From Aliivibrio fischeri ES114 (GTDB lineage Bacteria; Pseudomonadota; Gammaproteobacteria; Enterobacterales; Vibrionaceae): a stretch of DNA of 32,000 bases. Location: NCBI RefSeq assembly GCF_000011805.1, contig NC_006841.2; one strand, given 5' to 3'. Made by a program: the position numbers and the translations under genes. Below are positions 18,468-26,540 of this stretch, piece by piece. Within the stretch, counting starts at the first letter, position 1; the number at the start of each line of letters is the position of its first letter. A model generated the notes under the pieces. It searched no databases. It had not been told where the DNA came from and was given only the letters and a program-made list of their open reading frames with translations.

Positions 18468-18988
18468 GCCTGTGCATATTTATGTGAATACAAAACAACC
18501 AATTCATCTAATGCTTGTCTAGCTAAAGCAATATTTTCTCCCGTTCTTTCAAAGGCTTCACGATTGTGCGCAGCAGCTTGAGTACTAAAACCATATGAAA
18601 CATCATTTCGATAACTTTTGATTAGGACTTCATAATGAGCAACGTAATTATTTTGAAAATCGGCACATGCATCTCGAAACTCAGGAAAATATATTAGCGA
18701 TAATGAAAAAGCTTTTCTTGCCGGTATATTTACACCGTATTTTGTTATTTCATCCATACTTTTGCATTCACCAGCCTCAACACTCCAGACTAAGGATTCC
18801 TGAATACAATCCATCAATTGTTCATACTTTTCACGAAGTAGTACATTTTTAAGATGTTTTTTATTTAGGTGCTCCTTCAGTAAAACTGCAAATTGAGAAA
18901 CTAGTACACCAGCAAGAGCTGAACTTGCCGAAACAACTGAAATTAATACTGTTTTATCCATTACATTATTCTCACCAGAAAAAGGCAT
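18464..18988 (-). CDS. hypothetical protein with N-terminal TM helix
   Basis: 174 aa. TM 'VLISVVSASSALAGVLVSQFAVLL' followed by a helical domain. The first ATG lies in the GTTATG of the upstream attC; the alternative ATG at 18961 has a ggtgag SD. The stop codon lies inside its own attC. Confidence 0.65.
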   Translation of the reverse strand: MPFSGENNVMDKTVLISVVSASSALAGVLVSQFAVLLKEHLNKKHLKNVLLREKYEQLMDCIQESLVWSVEAGECKSMDEITKYGVNIPARKAFSLSLIYFPEFRDACADFQNNYVAHYEVLIKSYRNDVSYGFSTQAAAHNREAFERTGENIALARQALDELVVLYSHKYAQA

Positions 18989-19108
18989 AACGCCTGCATA
19001 ACACGTTTACTACTATACAACTATACTCAATATTGACGCCTTAAAACGAGAAATACCCGGCAAACTGAGATTGCCGAGTGTAGTAAATCGTGTTGATGCA
19101 TTTGTTAT
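18988..19108 (-). repeat. attC subtype A (121 bp)
   Basis: Both arms intact. Confidence 0.92.
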
Positions 19109-19109
19109 G

Positions 19110-20063
19110 TTACGCTTTCAATTTACTGCTTAATATTTTCAAATAGTTAACATCATTATAATGTTTATATTCTTCAATACAGCTAAATACTAATTTTATA
19201 GTATGATCATTATTGCTATTTATCACCGTCTGAACGTCCAGATTTCCTAAGTACTCACCTTCAATAATTAAATTAAATTTTAAATCTTTAATAGAAAGAA
19301 TCGCGACTAAAGATGCTGACCAATATGATTTTAATGCTGTATCTTTATCATCTATATATGGCAACAAAACCCTCATTGCATGACAACTTGTAACTGTATG
19401 AAGTACAGTGAAATCATGGCTTTGCAGATACAATTTAGAAAACAGTTTACTGCAAGCTCTTAATGTTAAGCCTGCAGGATAATAATTTACGCTACTGTAT
19501 TCAGGCTTCGTTGAAATATCTGTAATTCTCTTAGTCACAGAGTCACCAACCGCTACATATTTAGAAAAAGCTCTCAATGCATTATTTATAACACTTTCTG
19601 GCTTGGTGTTAACCTGTATTGGAACTGGCAACGGCATAAAATGTGATGACATATGAGCCAGACCAAAAGCAATTTCCTTATGGTTTTCTTGAATAATTCC
19701 GTAGCTTAACCGAATTAACGCATGAAATGCAGATGCAGCACAACCTTGAATAAGCCTATTAATATATTTACTTAGAGCTAATTTTATTCCAAGCAAAGAA
19801 ATTTGGTCGAAATAAAAGCTTAGATATACATTAAATTTATCTTTATCACCTAAATGTTCAAGCCAATTAAAATCTTGATCATATGCAGAACATTGAAATG
19901 GTTTAAGTTTTTCGGAGTAAGACAAGAAATATTCATCTAAACGTTCAGGGGTAGCTCCTAATCTATCTAGTGCAATTAAAGCCATAGGCAAATGATTTGT
20001 GATCCCTTCTACTTTAGTTTCTATATCATAACATTGAGCACGTTCCAGTAATTGATTTAGCAT
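19110..20063 (-). CDS. DUF4243 / questin-oxidase-like family protein
   Basis: 'NHLPMALIALDRLGA', 'FHALIRLSYGI..EIAFGLAHM' and 'VLHTVTSCHAMRVLLP' match the DUF4243 pattern from memory. The ATG at 20063 has a perfect ggagg SD; the track start at 20132 runs into the attC. Confidence 0.7.
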   Translation of the reverse strand: MLNQLLERAQCYDIETKVEGITNHLPMALIALDRLGATPERLDEYFLSYSEKLKPFQCSAYDQDFNWLEHLGDKDKFNVYLSFYFDQISLLGIKLALSKYINRLIQGCAASAFHALIRLSYGIIQENHKEIAFGLAHMSSHFMPLPVPIQVNTKPESVINNALRAFSKYVAVGDSVTKRITDISTKPEYSSVNYYPAGLTLRACSKLFSKLYLQSHDFTVLHTVTSCHAMRVLLPYIDDKDTALKSYWSASLVAILSIKDLKFNLIIEGEYLGNLDVQTVINSNNDHTIKLVFSCIEEYKHYNDVNYLKILSSKLKA

Positions 20064-20099
20064 AAAGCCTCCCTGTTTTATACGGTAAAACCTGTAACA

Positions 20100-20219
20100 T
20101 AACGCCTGCATAACACGTTTACTACTATGCAATTATACTTAAAATTGACGCGCTAAAACGAGAAACACCCGACAACCAGAGATGCCGAATGTAGTAAATC
20201 GTGTTGATGCATTTGTTAA
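20100..20219 (-). repeat. attC subtype A (120 bp)
   Basis: Both arms intact. Confidence 0.92.
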
Positions 20220-20352
20220 ATGCCTTTACCTTCAGTTTTTAACCAGTTCATATGCTTTGATAACCCATCAAGATCTGGAAATATACCTAACTCATTGATC
20301 CCATATAAATTTAATTCATCAATAATCTCTGATTTTGCATGAGATTTGATAA

Positions 20353-20931
20353 TTATTTTTTCAATTGCTGCCCACTGAAAGGCTCTCCAATATCACCAAA
20401 ACCAATTGGTTCTGATGGATTTGGGTGATATGTAAAACGGCCACTTTGATTAATTATTCTCGAAGCAATTGAACGCGGAATATATTGCTTAATTTTCTTC
20501 TCTTCTCTAAAGTTAAACGTTTCTTCTTCAAGCAATGTCTTAGGGTAATAAAGATAAAGAGCAGCATCAACTTCAGGCAAGTCTTTACAAGCAAAATATG
20601 TAGCAACCAAAGGATTATTTGACCAATCAAGAAGCCTTGTTGCTAGCCCATGATGTTGAGCAATGGCTAAACATTCCAGCTCATTTTCAGGTAATTGTGT
20701 AAAAGCAACAGCTTTATCCTTCCAAATTGAAAACATCGACCAATCAGAACCACCTCTAACCTTAAACTCCGGACGCCCAGCCTTTGGAATTAATGGCCAT
20801 GAATGGTCAGAATGTCCACGAAACAACCAACCTCCAATGTGTTCAACTGGCTTATATGTTTTAAATATTGTTTGCAATTCGTTCAAGCTTTCGACTTCAT
20901 AATCAATAATATCATCAGAGACTTTAATCAT
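20353..20931 (-). CDS. FRG-domain protein, probably C-terminally truncated by a frameshift
   Basis: '[21 protein letters not shown]' and '[26 protein letters not shown]' are FRG-domain signatures. SD gagga. See the finding on the A6 tract. Confidence 0.8.
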   Translation of the reverse strand: MIKVSDDIIDYEVESLNELQTIFKTYKPVEHIGGWLFRGHSDHSWPLIPKAGRPEFKVRGGSDWSMFSIWKDKAVAFTQLPENELECLAIAQHHGLATRLLDWSNNPLVATYFACKDLPEVDAALYLYYPKTLLEEETFNFREEKKIKQYIPRSIASRIINQSGRFTYHPNPSEPIGFGDIGEPFSGQQLKK

Positions 20932-20960
20932 ATTCTATCCTCAATTTTTCCCTTGGCATT

Positions 20961-21082
20961 TAACGCCGCAATAACACGTTTATTACTACGACGATTTAGG
21001 TGAATTTTACTACCTTAAACACCTAAACCAAAGACAAACCTACAATGCCTAATGTAATAAATCGTGTTGATTGCTTTGTTAA
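20961..21082 (-). repeat. attC subtype D (122 bp)
   Basis: taacgccgcaataacacgtttattactacg ... cgtgttgattgctttgttaa. Confidence 0.9.
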
Positions 21083-21090
21083 ATGCGAGT

Positions 21091-21252
21091 TTATTTTTTT
21101 GAGAGTTTGCACCAAATTCTTTTCAGTGATTCCCAAATTGATATTGAAACAATCATTATAAACACTGCTTCGCTACCTACGAAGTAAGAGATACAAACAA
21201 TCAAAATTACAGCTAAAATTGAACTCACAACTAATAATAATCGATCAGGCAT
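21091..21252 (-). CDS. 53-aa double-TM membrane peptide (below the ORF-track cutoff)
   Basis: MPDRLLLVVSSILAVILIVCISYFVGSEAVFIMIVSISIWESLKRIWCKLSKK. Its ATG overlaps the upstream stop codon as ATGCCTGA. Confidence 0.5.
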   Translation of the reverse strand: MPDRLLLVVSSILAVILIVCISYFVGSEAVFIMIVSISIWESLKRIWCKLSKK

Positions 21253-21625
21253 GAAGTAACTCCGGATTCTGTGAAAGAATTGTTTCTAACCATGACCCAG
21301 TAATACCATTATCACGACCAAAGTCGATAACTTGTGAAAGTGAACAACTTGTATTTCTGTAAAAGGATCTTGCCGAACTACCAATAACTGCACCAGCCCA
21401 AAAAGCAGCATACACACCGGCACCCGCGGCTCCAGCTCGAGCTACTACCGATAATGGAAGTTTAGGGTTACTTGCTAATGTTATCGCTTTATCAATTCGA
21501 TCAATCATTACCCAAGATAAAGCGCCTGCACCAACAACAGTCTCTGTCGTTGGAAGATTTAACAGTTTAAGATTTTCATCAATATCATATTTAAACGAAT
21601 TTAAATCCATAGAACAGCTTGTCAT
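21245..21625 (-). CDS. hypothetical protein with glycine-zipper-like hydrophobic segments
   Basis: 126 aa. 'VVGAGALSWVMI' and 'ARAGAAGAGVYAAFWAGAVIGSSA'. Strong SD ggaggtg. Confidence 0.65.
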   Translation of the reverse strand: MTSCSMDLNSFKYDIDENLKLLNLPTTETVVGAGALSWVMIDRIDKAITLASNPKLPLSVVARAGAAGAGVYAAFWAGAVIGSSARSFYRNTSCSLSQVIDFGRDNGITGSWLETILSQNPELLHA

Positions 21626-21768
21626 AAATCACCTCCAATAAATTAATTGGACAAAACTATAACAGCAGCTCAACTAAACCATACTTCCAATATCAATTTT
21701 ATGGATCGATAGCTAAAGATATACAATAACAAATCAATCAGTTACATATCTCACATCAAAAAAGCATT

Positions 21769-21888
21769 TAACGCCTGCATAACACGTTTACTACTATGCA
21801 ATTATACTTAAAATTGACGCCTTAAAACGAGAAACACCCGACAACCTGAGATGCCGAGTGTAGTAAATCGTGTTGATGCATTTGTTAG
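21769..21888 (-). repeat. attC subtype A (120 bp)
   Basis: Both arms intact. Confidence 0.92.
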
Positions 21889-21894
21889 CTGCTT

Positions 21895-22119
21895 TCAGAT
21901 ACGGTTTTGTGTATAGCCTTTAGTATTTATATAAGCTTCTTCACAAGCAGTTCGCTTTTGATATTCTGGTGAAGAATTGATTAATTTCTTTATTCTATAT
22001 TGATTATTTTTATTAAGGGATTTCCATTCTTGGGTAGAAATATCCATACCTCTCGAAGCCACTTTAAACTCCTTCAGTATTGGTTTTATATTTTCAATAC
22101 GCCACTTTTCATAATTCAT
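21895..22119 (-). CDS. hypothetical basic protein (in frame with, and possibly once fused to, 22222..22737)
   Basis: 74 aa from the ATG. The frame stays open for a further 34 codons upstream, back to the TAA of the preceding ORF. Confidence 0.45.
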   Translation of the reverse strand: MNYEKWRIENIKPILKEFKVASRGMDISTQEWKSLNKNNQYRIKKLINSSPEYQKRTACEEAYINTKGYTQNRI

Positions 22120-22221
22120 GTTTTCAGCATTACATACTTTTTTCCATTCATTATTGAATTTTGTATATGCGTCATATGATGATATATATATTAATTTATT
22201 ATGAACTGTAGCTATATTCTT

Positions 22222-22737
22222 TTACTCATTACTTACTCTGGGCTTTGAAATAATAATCGGAATTTTGTTCTTAGCATCCTCTCTCTCAATCATAGGAAAG
22301 TCTGTAATATAAATCATCGAAGCACCACTACCTTTGGTGCTAATAAGATAAGTTCGGTTGCCATGAATTACCGCAATGTTATGAGCATTTTTTATCATTG
22401 TTACTTCATTATGATCTAGCTTATTATCCATAATAATCCCATCGACAATTAACTGAACTTTTTGCTTATTAACAAAAGCAAATACGTTTTCACTATTTGA
22501 ACGAGAGTGGAATGCAAGTTCGGCAAATATACCGTCTAACTTAACATTTGCTTGCTTATAAATAACCCCGTCATTTTGTGTTACAACGTATGTTGTGTAA
22601 TCACCAAAATCTTTATGCTTTTCAGCTCGAGCGACTCCAGATAATACACTTATCAGTGCAGTAAAAATTAAGATTATACGTAATTTATTTCTCATTAATT
22701 GATACCTATTTAGGAGAAAAATGAAGTAATCTAGCAA
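22222..22737 (-). CDS. secreted hypothetical protein
   Basis: Signal peptide MRNKLRIILIFTALISVLSGVARA if translation starts at the ATG at 22695. Confidence 0.6.
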   Translation of the reverse strand: MLDYFIFLLNRYQLMRNKLRIILIFTALISVLSGVARAEKHKDFGDYTTYVVTQNDGVIYKQANVKLDGIFAELAFHSRSNSENVFAFVNKQKVQLIVDGIIMDNKLDHNEVTMIKNAHNIAVIHGNRTYLISTKGSGASMIYITDFPMIEREDAKNKIPIIISKPRVSNE

Positions 22738-22800
22738 GACTGAAATTATGAACTTAGGCAGACTACAATTTGTAATAATTTACTAAAAACAACAATCTGT

Positions 22801-23085
22801 TTACACGCTCAGTAATTGAGATTTTCTATAACTTATCGCCACTAGTTGACTAGATTCTGGAGAATAGAAATCGAAGGCATCTTGTTCGAAACTAACTTTC
22901 ATATTTAGAACCTGATTTGCATTTGTTGGGTTCGTTGAGTGATACGCAACTTCAGCTCCAGAAAACAAATCTTTAATAATTACAACATACTCTCCATCAC
23001 TTATTGGTGGCCATTCATCATTATAAGCAGCATGTAATTTATAGTTCTTCCCATCAATTATATACATTTCTTTCTTAGATGACAT
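22801..23085 (-). CDS. hypothetical protein
   Basis: 94 aa. SD gggggtgg upstream. First gene of a three-ORF cassette. Confidence 0.6.
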   Translation of the reverse strand: MSSKKEMYIIDGKNYKLHAAYNDEWPPISDGEYVVIIKDLFSGAEVAYHSTNPTNANQVLNMKVSFEQDAFDFYSPESSQLVAISYRKSQLLSV

Positions 23086-23154
23086 ACCACCCCCATAAAT
23101 AGAATGATATTCTATAATATCAAATAACTATTTTAACTACAAGCCTATAGCAGC

Positions 23155-23275
23155 TAACGCCTGCATAACACGTTTACTACTATACAATTATACTGAATAT
23201 TGATGCCCTAAAACGAGAAACACTCGGCAAACTGAGATTGCCGAGTGTAGTAAATCGTGTTGATGCGATTGTTGT
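23155..23275 (-). repeat. attC subtype A (121 bp; R'' variant ..gcgattgttgt)
   Basis: Both arms present. The core reads GTTGT rather than GTTAT. Confidence 0.9.
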
Positions 23276-23733
23276 GCGGACTCTCTTTCGGCTTGGACAA
23301 CTTGGTAAAGAACTGCCCCGCCAAAATTGTCTAAGCCCTGATTCTAATTTAACGATGCTAATTAAGCGAACAAAATGTTCTTAAACTGCGAGATGAAGTA
23401 AATGGAAAACAGATACATTTTTTACACCATTTGAACGACTTGGTTTCAGCAGATTTTGAGCTGATAAACCAAATATCCTCGCCACAACTGGGATTGAAAA
23501 TGCTGCGAGGAAAACACGGATGCAGAGTAAAATGATGCAACACCAAAGAACCATTGAAGCGTAAAAATGCCTCTGAAACGCCTGAACTTAGACCGACAAT
23601 GCTTAATTGCCGAACCTGATGAAACGAACGCTAAAAGGCAACAAAGAAGAGGATTTGTGATAGCTAAATAGCGTTTAAAAAAAGTCTCGTTTCTATTGAG
23701 GAACCGTGCAAAAAATTTCGGGCTTAGTACGCA
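23276..23733. repeat. ORF-less integron cassette, diverged family copy B
   Basis: Shares blocks of perfect identity with A1/A2 in a ~210-bp core. The listed 62- and 96-aa ORFs have no ATG start or no counterpart in the other copies. Confidence 0.8.
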
Positions 23734-23855
23734 CAACGCCGCAATAACACGTTTATTACTACGACGACGTAGCTGAATTTTACTGCCTTAAACACCGAAA
23801 CCAAAGACAAACCTACAACGCCGAATGTAATAAATCGTGTTGATTGCTTTGTTAC
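23734..23855 (-). repeat. attC subtype D (122 bp; R' reads caacgcc)
   Basis: caacgccgcaataacacgtttattactacg ... cgtgttgattgctttgttac. Confidence 0.9.
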
Positions 23856-24314
23856 ACGATCTTTGTCAACGCTTCGCTTTAATTGGTAAAGAACTGATTT
23901 ACCAATAATATTTAGAAACCAATTCTAAATTACAAAAGCCAATTTAGCGAACAAAAGAACCGTTCAACTACAAAAACTGCGAAACGAAGCAATCCTTTTT
24001 CTAGCATCATTTGTACGATTTGGTTTCAGCCAGTTTTGAGCTTATAAACCAAAAATCCTTACCACAATTGGGATTGAAAATGCTACGAGCAAAGCACGGA
24101 TGCAGAATAAAATGAGGCAAAACCATGAACAATTGAAGCGTTAATTGGTTTCTGAAATCCATGAACTTTTGGCAATATAGAGTAAATTGCCGAACCTGAT
24201 GAAATGAAATCTAAAAGGCAGCAAAGAAAAAGGAAATCCACCTTACTTTCACGCCTAAAAAACTAACGGCTCAATCGCTGAACTGAGCCAAAAAACTGCT
24301 ATCTTTAGTTCGTG
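23856..24314. repeat. ORF-less integron cassette, family copy A2
   Basis: Near-identical to A1 (17887..18345) by eye. Confidence 0.85.
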
Positions 24315-24436
24315 TAACGCCTGCATAACACGTTTGCTGCGATACATACCTAGCTGAATTTTACTGCCTTAATCACTGAAACTAAAGGCAAACTGACAAC
24401 GCCGAGTGTAGCAAATCGTGTTGATGCATTTGTTAT
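24315..24436 (-). repeat. attC subtype B (122 bp)
   Basis: Both arms intact. Confidence 0.92.
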
Positions 24437-24440
24437 GAGT

Positions 24441-24986
24441 TTATACTTTCGGTTTTGGTAAACAATCAGCAAATCGACGCTGTATAGGAGGGATTTTACC
24501 AATATATTCACCGCCGCCGTGTAAAATAATTAATAACATTCCAGCCATGATTGATACCCCATTAGAAATAATCAACATTTGCTCAAGAAAGCGAATTGGA
24601 TAACCTTTATTATGTCGATTCACCGCATGTATTCCGCCATGTACAAAAGAGCTTAATGGTTTCCAAGAGTATTCTTTAAATTCAATTAGCATATCCAAAG
24701 CTTCTTGGGGAGCCTTACCTTCAAGTTTAATTAACATTTCACTTAGCATCGGTAGTTTATTTGCTTTGTGAGCTGATTCAGCTGTAAGTTCACACATTAA
24801 TTTTGATACCGCTACATCAGAAGCACTATAAAGTAACCACATAGCCCTTACAAAAGCTTCATACTGTAATCGAACAAGACCTGATGCCGAGGTATAATTT
24901 CCAGACGCTAATAATATTTTTGCGCTTTCTGCATGTTCAAATGCAATACTACACATAATTTTGCTGACACGAACTCGTTCAGACAT
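24441..24986 (-). CDS. all-helical hypothetical protein (AbiV/DUF5677-like impression, unverified)
   Basis: 181 aa. 'AFEHAESAKILLASGNYTSASGLVRLQYEAFVRAMWLLY' and 'SSFVHGG'. No SD before the ATG. The frame stays open 26 codons upstream to an aaggag-N6-ATC. Confidence 0.55.
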   Translation of the reverse strand: MSERVRVSKIMCSIAFEHAESAKILLASGNYTSASGLVRLQYEAFVRAMWLLYSASDVAVSKLMCELTAESAHKANKLPMLSEMLIKLEGKAPQEALDMLIEFKEYSWKPLSSFVHGGIHAVNRHNKGYPIRFLEQMLIISNGVSIMAGMLLIILHGGGEYIGKIPPIQRRFADCLPKPKV

Positions 24987-25089
24987 ATTACAAGGAGCTA
25001 AAGCAAGGAAAACTAAAAGTTCTTTTTCTAACTCAGCAGATCTCGATAATAGATGATTGATAAATTACTCCTTATTTAGCTTTAACTCA

Positions 25090-25210
25090 TAACGCCTGCA
25101 TAACACGTTTACTACCAAACAATTATACTTAATATTGATGCCTTAAAACGAGAAACACCCGGCAAACTGAGATTGCCGAGTGTAGTAAATCGTGTTGATG
25201 CATTTGTTAT
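25090..25210 (-). repeat. attC subtype A (121 bp)
   Basis: Both arms intact. Confidence 0.92.
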
Positions 25211-25229
25211 ATGCAAACAACCATTCTTA

Positions 25230-25859
25230 CTATGAGGTCATTACTTTAATGCCAAAAATGGTAAACAATCCACCTGTGACATAATCCATAACCCCAGAAA
25301 TACGAGCATAAACACTTTTAGTTGATTCATGGGAAAACGCCGTAGCTAAAAATAAATGCCAACTAAGCGTAATTGAGACCATTGTTAGCATGATCGCAAA
25401 TATCATCGTTGCACTCATGTTTTCAGGCATGGAAACACTAAATAAACTGACAACGAAGAAACCCGTTTTCGGATTTAAAATACTGGTGATAAACGCTGAA
25501 ATGAAAACCTTCCTTTTCGATGGTGATATCGTTTGATTGATTTCTGTTAACTCACCTAACCTCTTTATTTTTCGAGTTAGATAAATCTGACGCATTCCCA
25601 AATACAATAAATAACTGCCACCTAACACTTTCATTAAACCAAATAATTGAGGAAAATGTGAAAAGAGAATAACTAATCCAGAGCCACCAAAAAACGACCA
25701 CAGTAACGTCGCAAAACTAACACCGAAAGCAGAAAAAGCCGCAATTTTACGGTCGTAATTAAGTGCAGTGTTGATCGTTAAAAGGACATTAGAACCAGGG
25801 GTTGCGACAGCTAGCATCCAAATTAAAGCCACATGAATAAGAACCAATAAATATTCCAT
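25230..25859 (-). CDS. LysE/RhtB-family amino-acid exporter
   Basis: 209 aa with six hydrophobic helices. N-terminal '..ATPGSNVLLTINTAL' is typical of the LysE family. Confidence 0.8.
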   Translation of the reverse strand: MEYLLVLIHVALIWMLAVATPGSNVLLTINTALNYDRKIAAFSAFGVSFATLLWSFFGGSGLVILFSHFPQLFGLMKVLGGSYLLYLGMRQIYLTRKIKRLGELTEINQTISPSKRKVFISAFITSILNPKTGFFVVSLFSVSMPENMSATMIFAIMLTMVSITLSWHLFLATAFSHESTKSVYARISGVMDYVTGGLFTIFGIKVMTS

Positions 25860-25902
25860 TATCTACAATCCAATAAAATAGCCCTTGAGCTTAAAATGCA
25901 TA

Positions 25903-26022
25903 TAACGCCTGCATAACACGTTTGCTACCATTCAGATTAAGCCTAAATTTACCACTTAATACGGTAAAACCAAAGAAACCTAGAATGCCGAATGTAGTAA
26001 ATCGTGTTGATGCATTTGTTAG
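25903..26022 (-). repeat. attC subtype C (120 bp)
   Basis: Both arms intact. Confidence 0.92.
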
Positions 26023-26387
26023 GCGAATGTTGTGTAGAACGGGTTCCCTCGTACACCTTTACCACCGATATCATTGGAAAGCCCCATTTGATTCAATATT
26101 GTAAAAGCAAAAGTACAATGACAACTATGTCCACTTTTTGTTGAATCAAACACACTGGGTTTTAGTTGTTTTAAGTCACTACTTGAAACTTTAGAGTTTA
26201 TTTCCAGCTCTTTGTAAACGAGATACAAGTCATCTAACAGTAAAGTCATTCGCGAATTACCACGCTTGTAAACCACTCGGTCAACGCTTGTTTTGCAAAC
26301 TGTCGATGTACCACCTCCGGGATTTAAAAATACCGTGTTGACTTGGACACTCCGTCTGAAAATTGATTCGAACAAAATTCTATCCAC
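26019..26387 (-). CDS. hypothetical protein (possibly related to 17406..17768)
   Basis: 122 aa. GTG start 6 nt after aggag. The stop codon lies inside the attC. Confidence 0.6.
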   Translation of the reverse strand: MDRILFESIFRRSVQVNTVFLNPGGGTSTVCKTSVDRVVYKRGNSRMTLLLDDLYLVYKELEINSKVSSSDLKQLKPSVFDSTKSGHSCHCTFAFTILNQMGLSNDIGGKGVRGNPFYTTFA

Positions 26388-26406
26388 TTAATTCTCCTAA
26401 TTTGCC

Positions 26407-26528
26407 TAACGCCTGCATAACACGTTTGCTACGATACAGACTTAGCTGAATTTTACTGCCTTAATCACTAAAACTAAAGGCAAACTGACAACGCCGAGTG
26501 TAGCAAATCGTGTTGATGCATTTGTTAT
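26407..26528 (-). repeat. attC subtype B (122 bp)
   Basis: Both arms intact. Confidence 0.92.
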
Positions 26529-26540
26529 GTGCTTACAAAC

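Noticed and set aside
23271-23733. Cassette B starts with GTGCG on both strands, the 5' consensus of group II introns. ORF-less group IIC introns are ~400-450 nt and target attC sites.
   Set aside because: The GTGCG is simply this cassette's variant R'/R'' core (GTTGTGC/GCACAAC). The homologous A1/A2 copies start with ACACGA. I could find no domain-V-like hairpin or AY 3' end.
23358-23736. Listed ORFs of 62 and 96 aa on the minus strand of cassette B.
   Set aside because: The 96-aa frame begins at a TTG inside the attC core and contains no ATG. Its Phe/Ser/Cys/Arg-rich product looks like a by-product of T-rich sequence. The A1/A2 copies have stops and frameshifts in the same frame.
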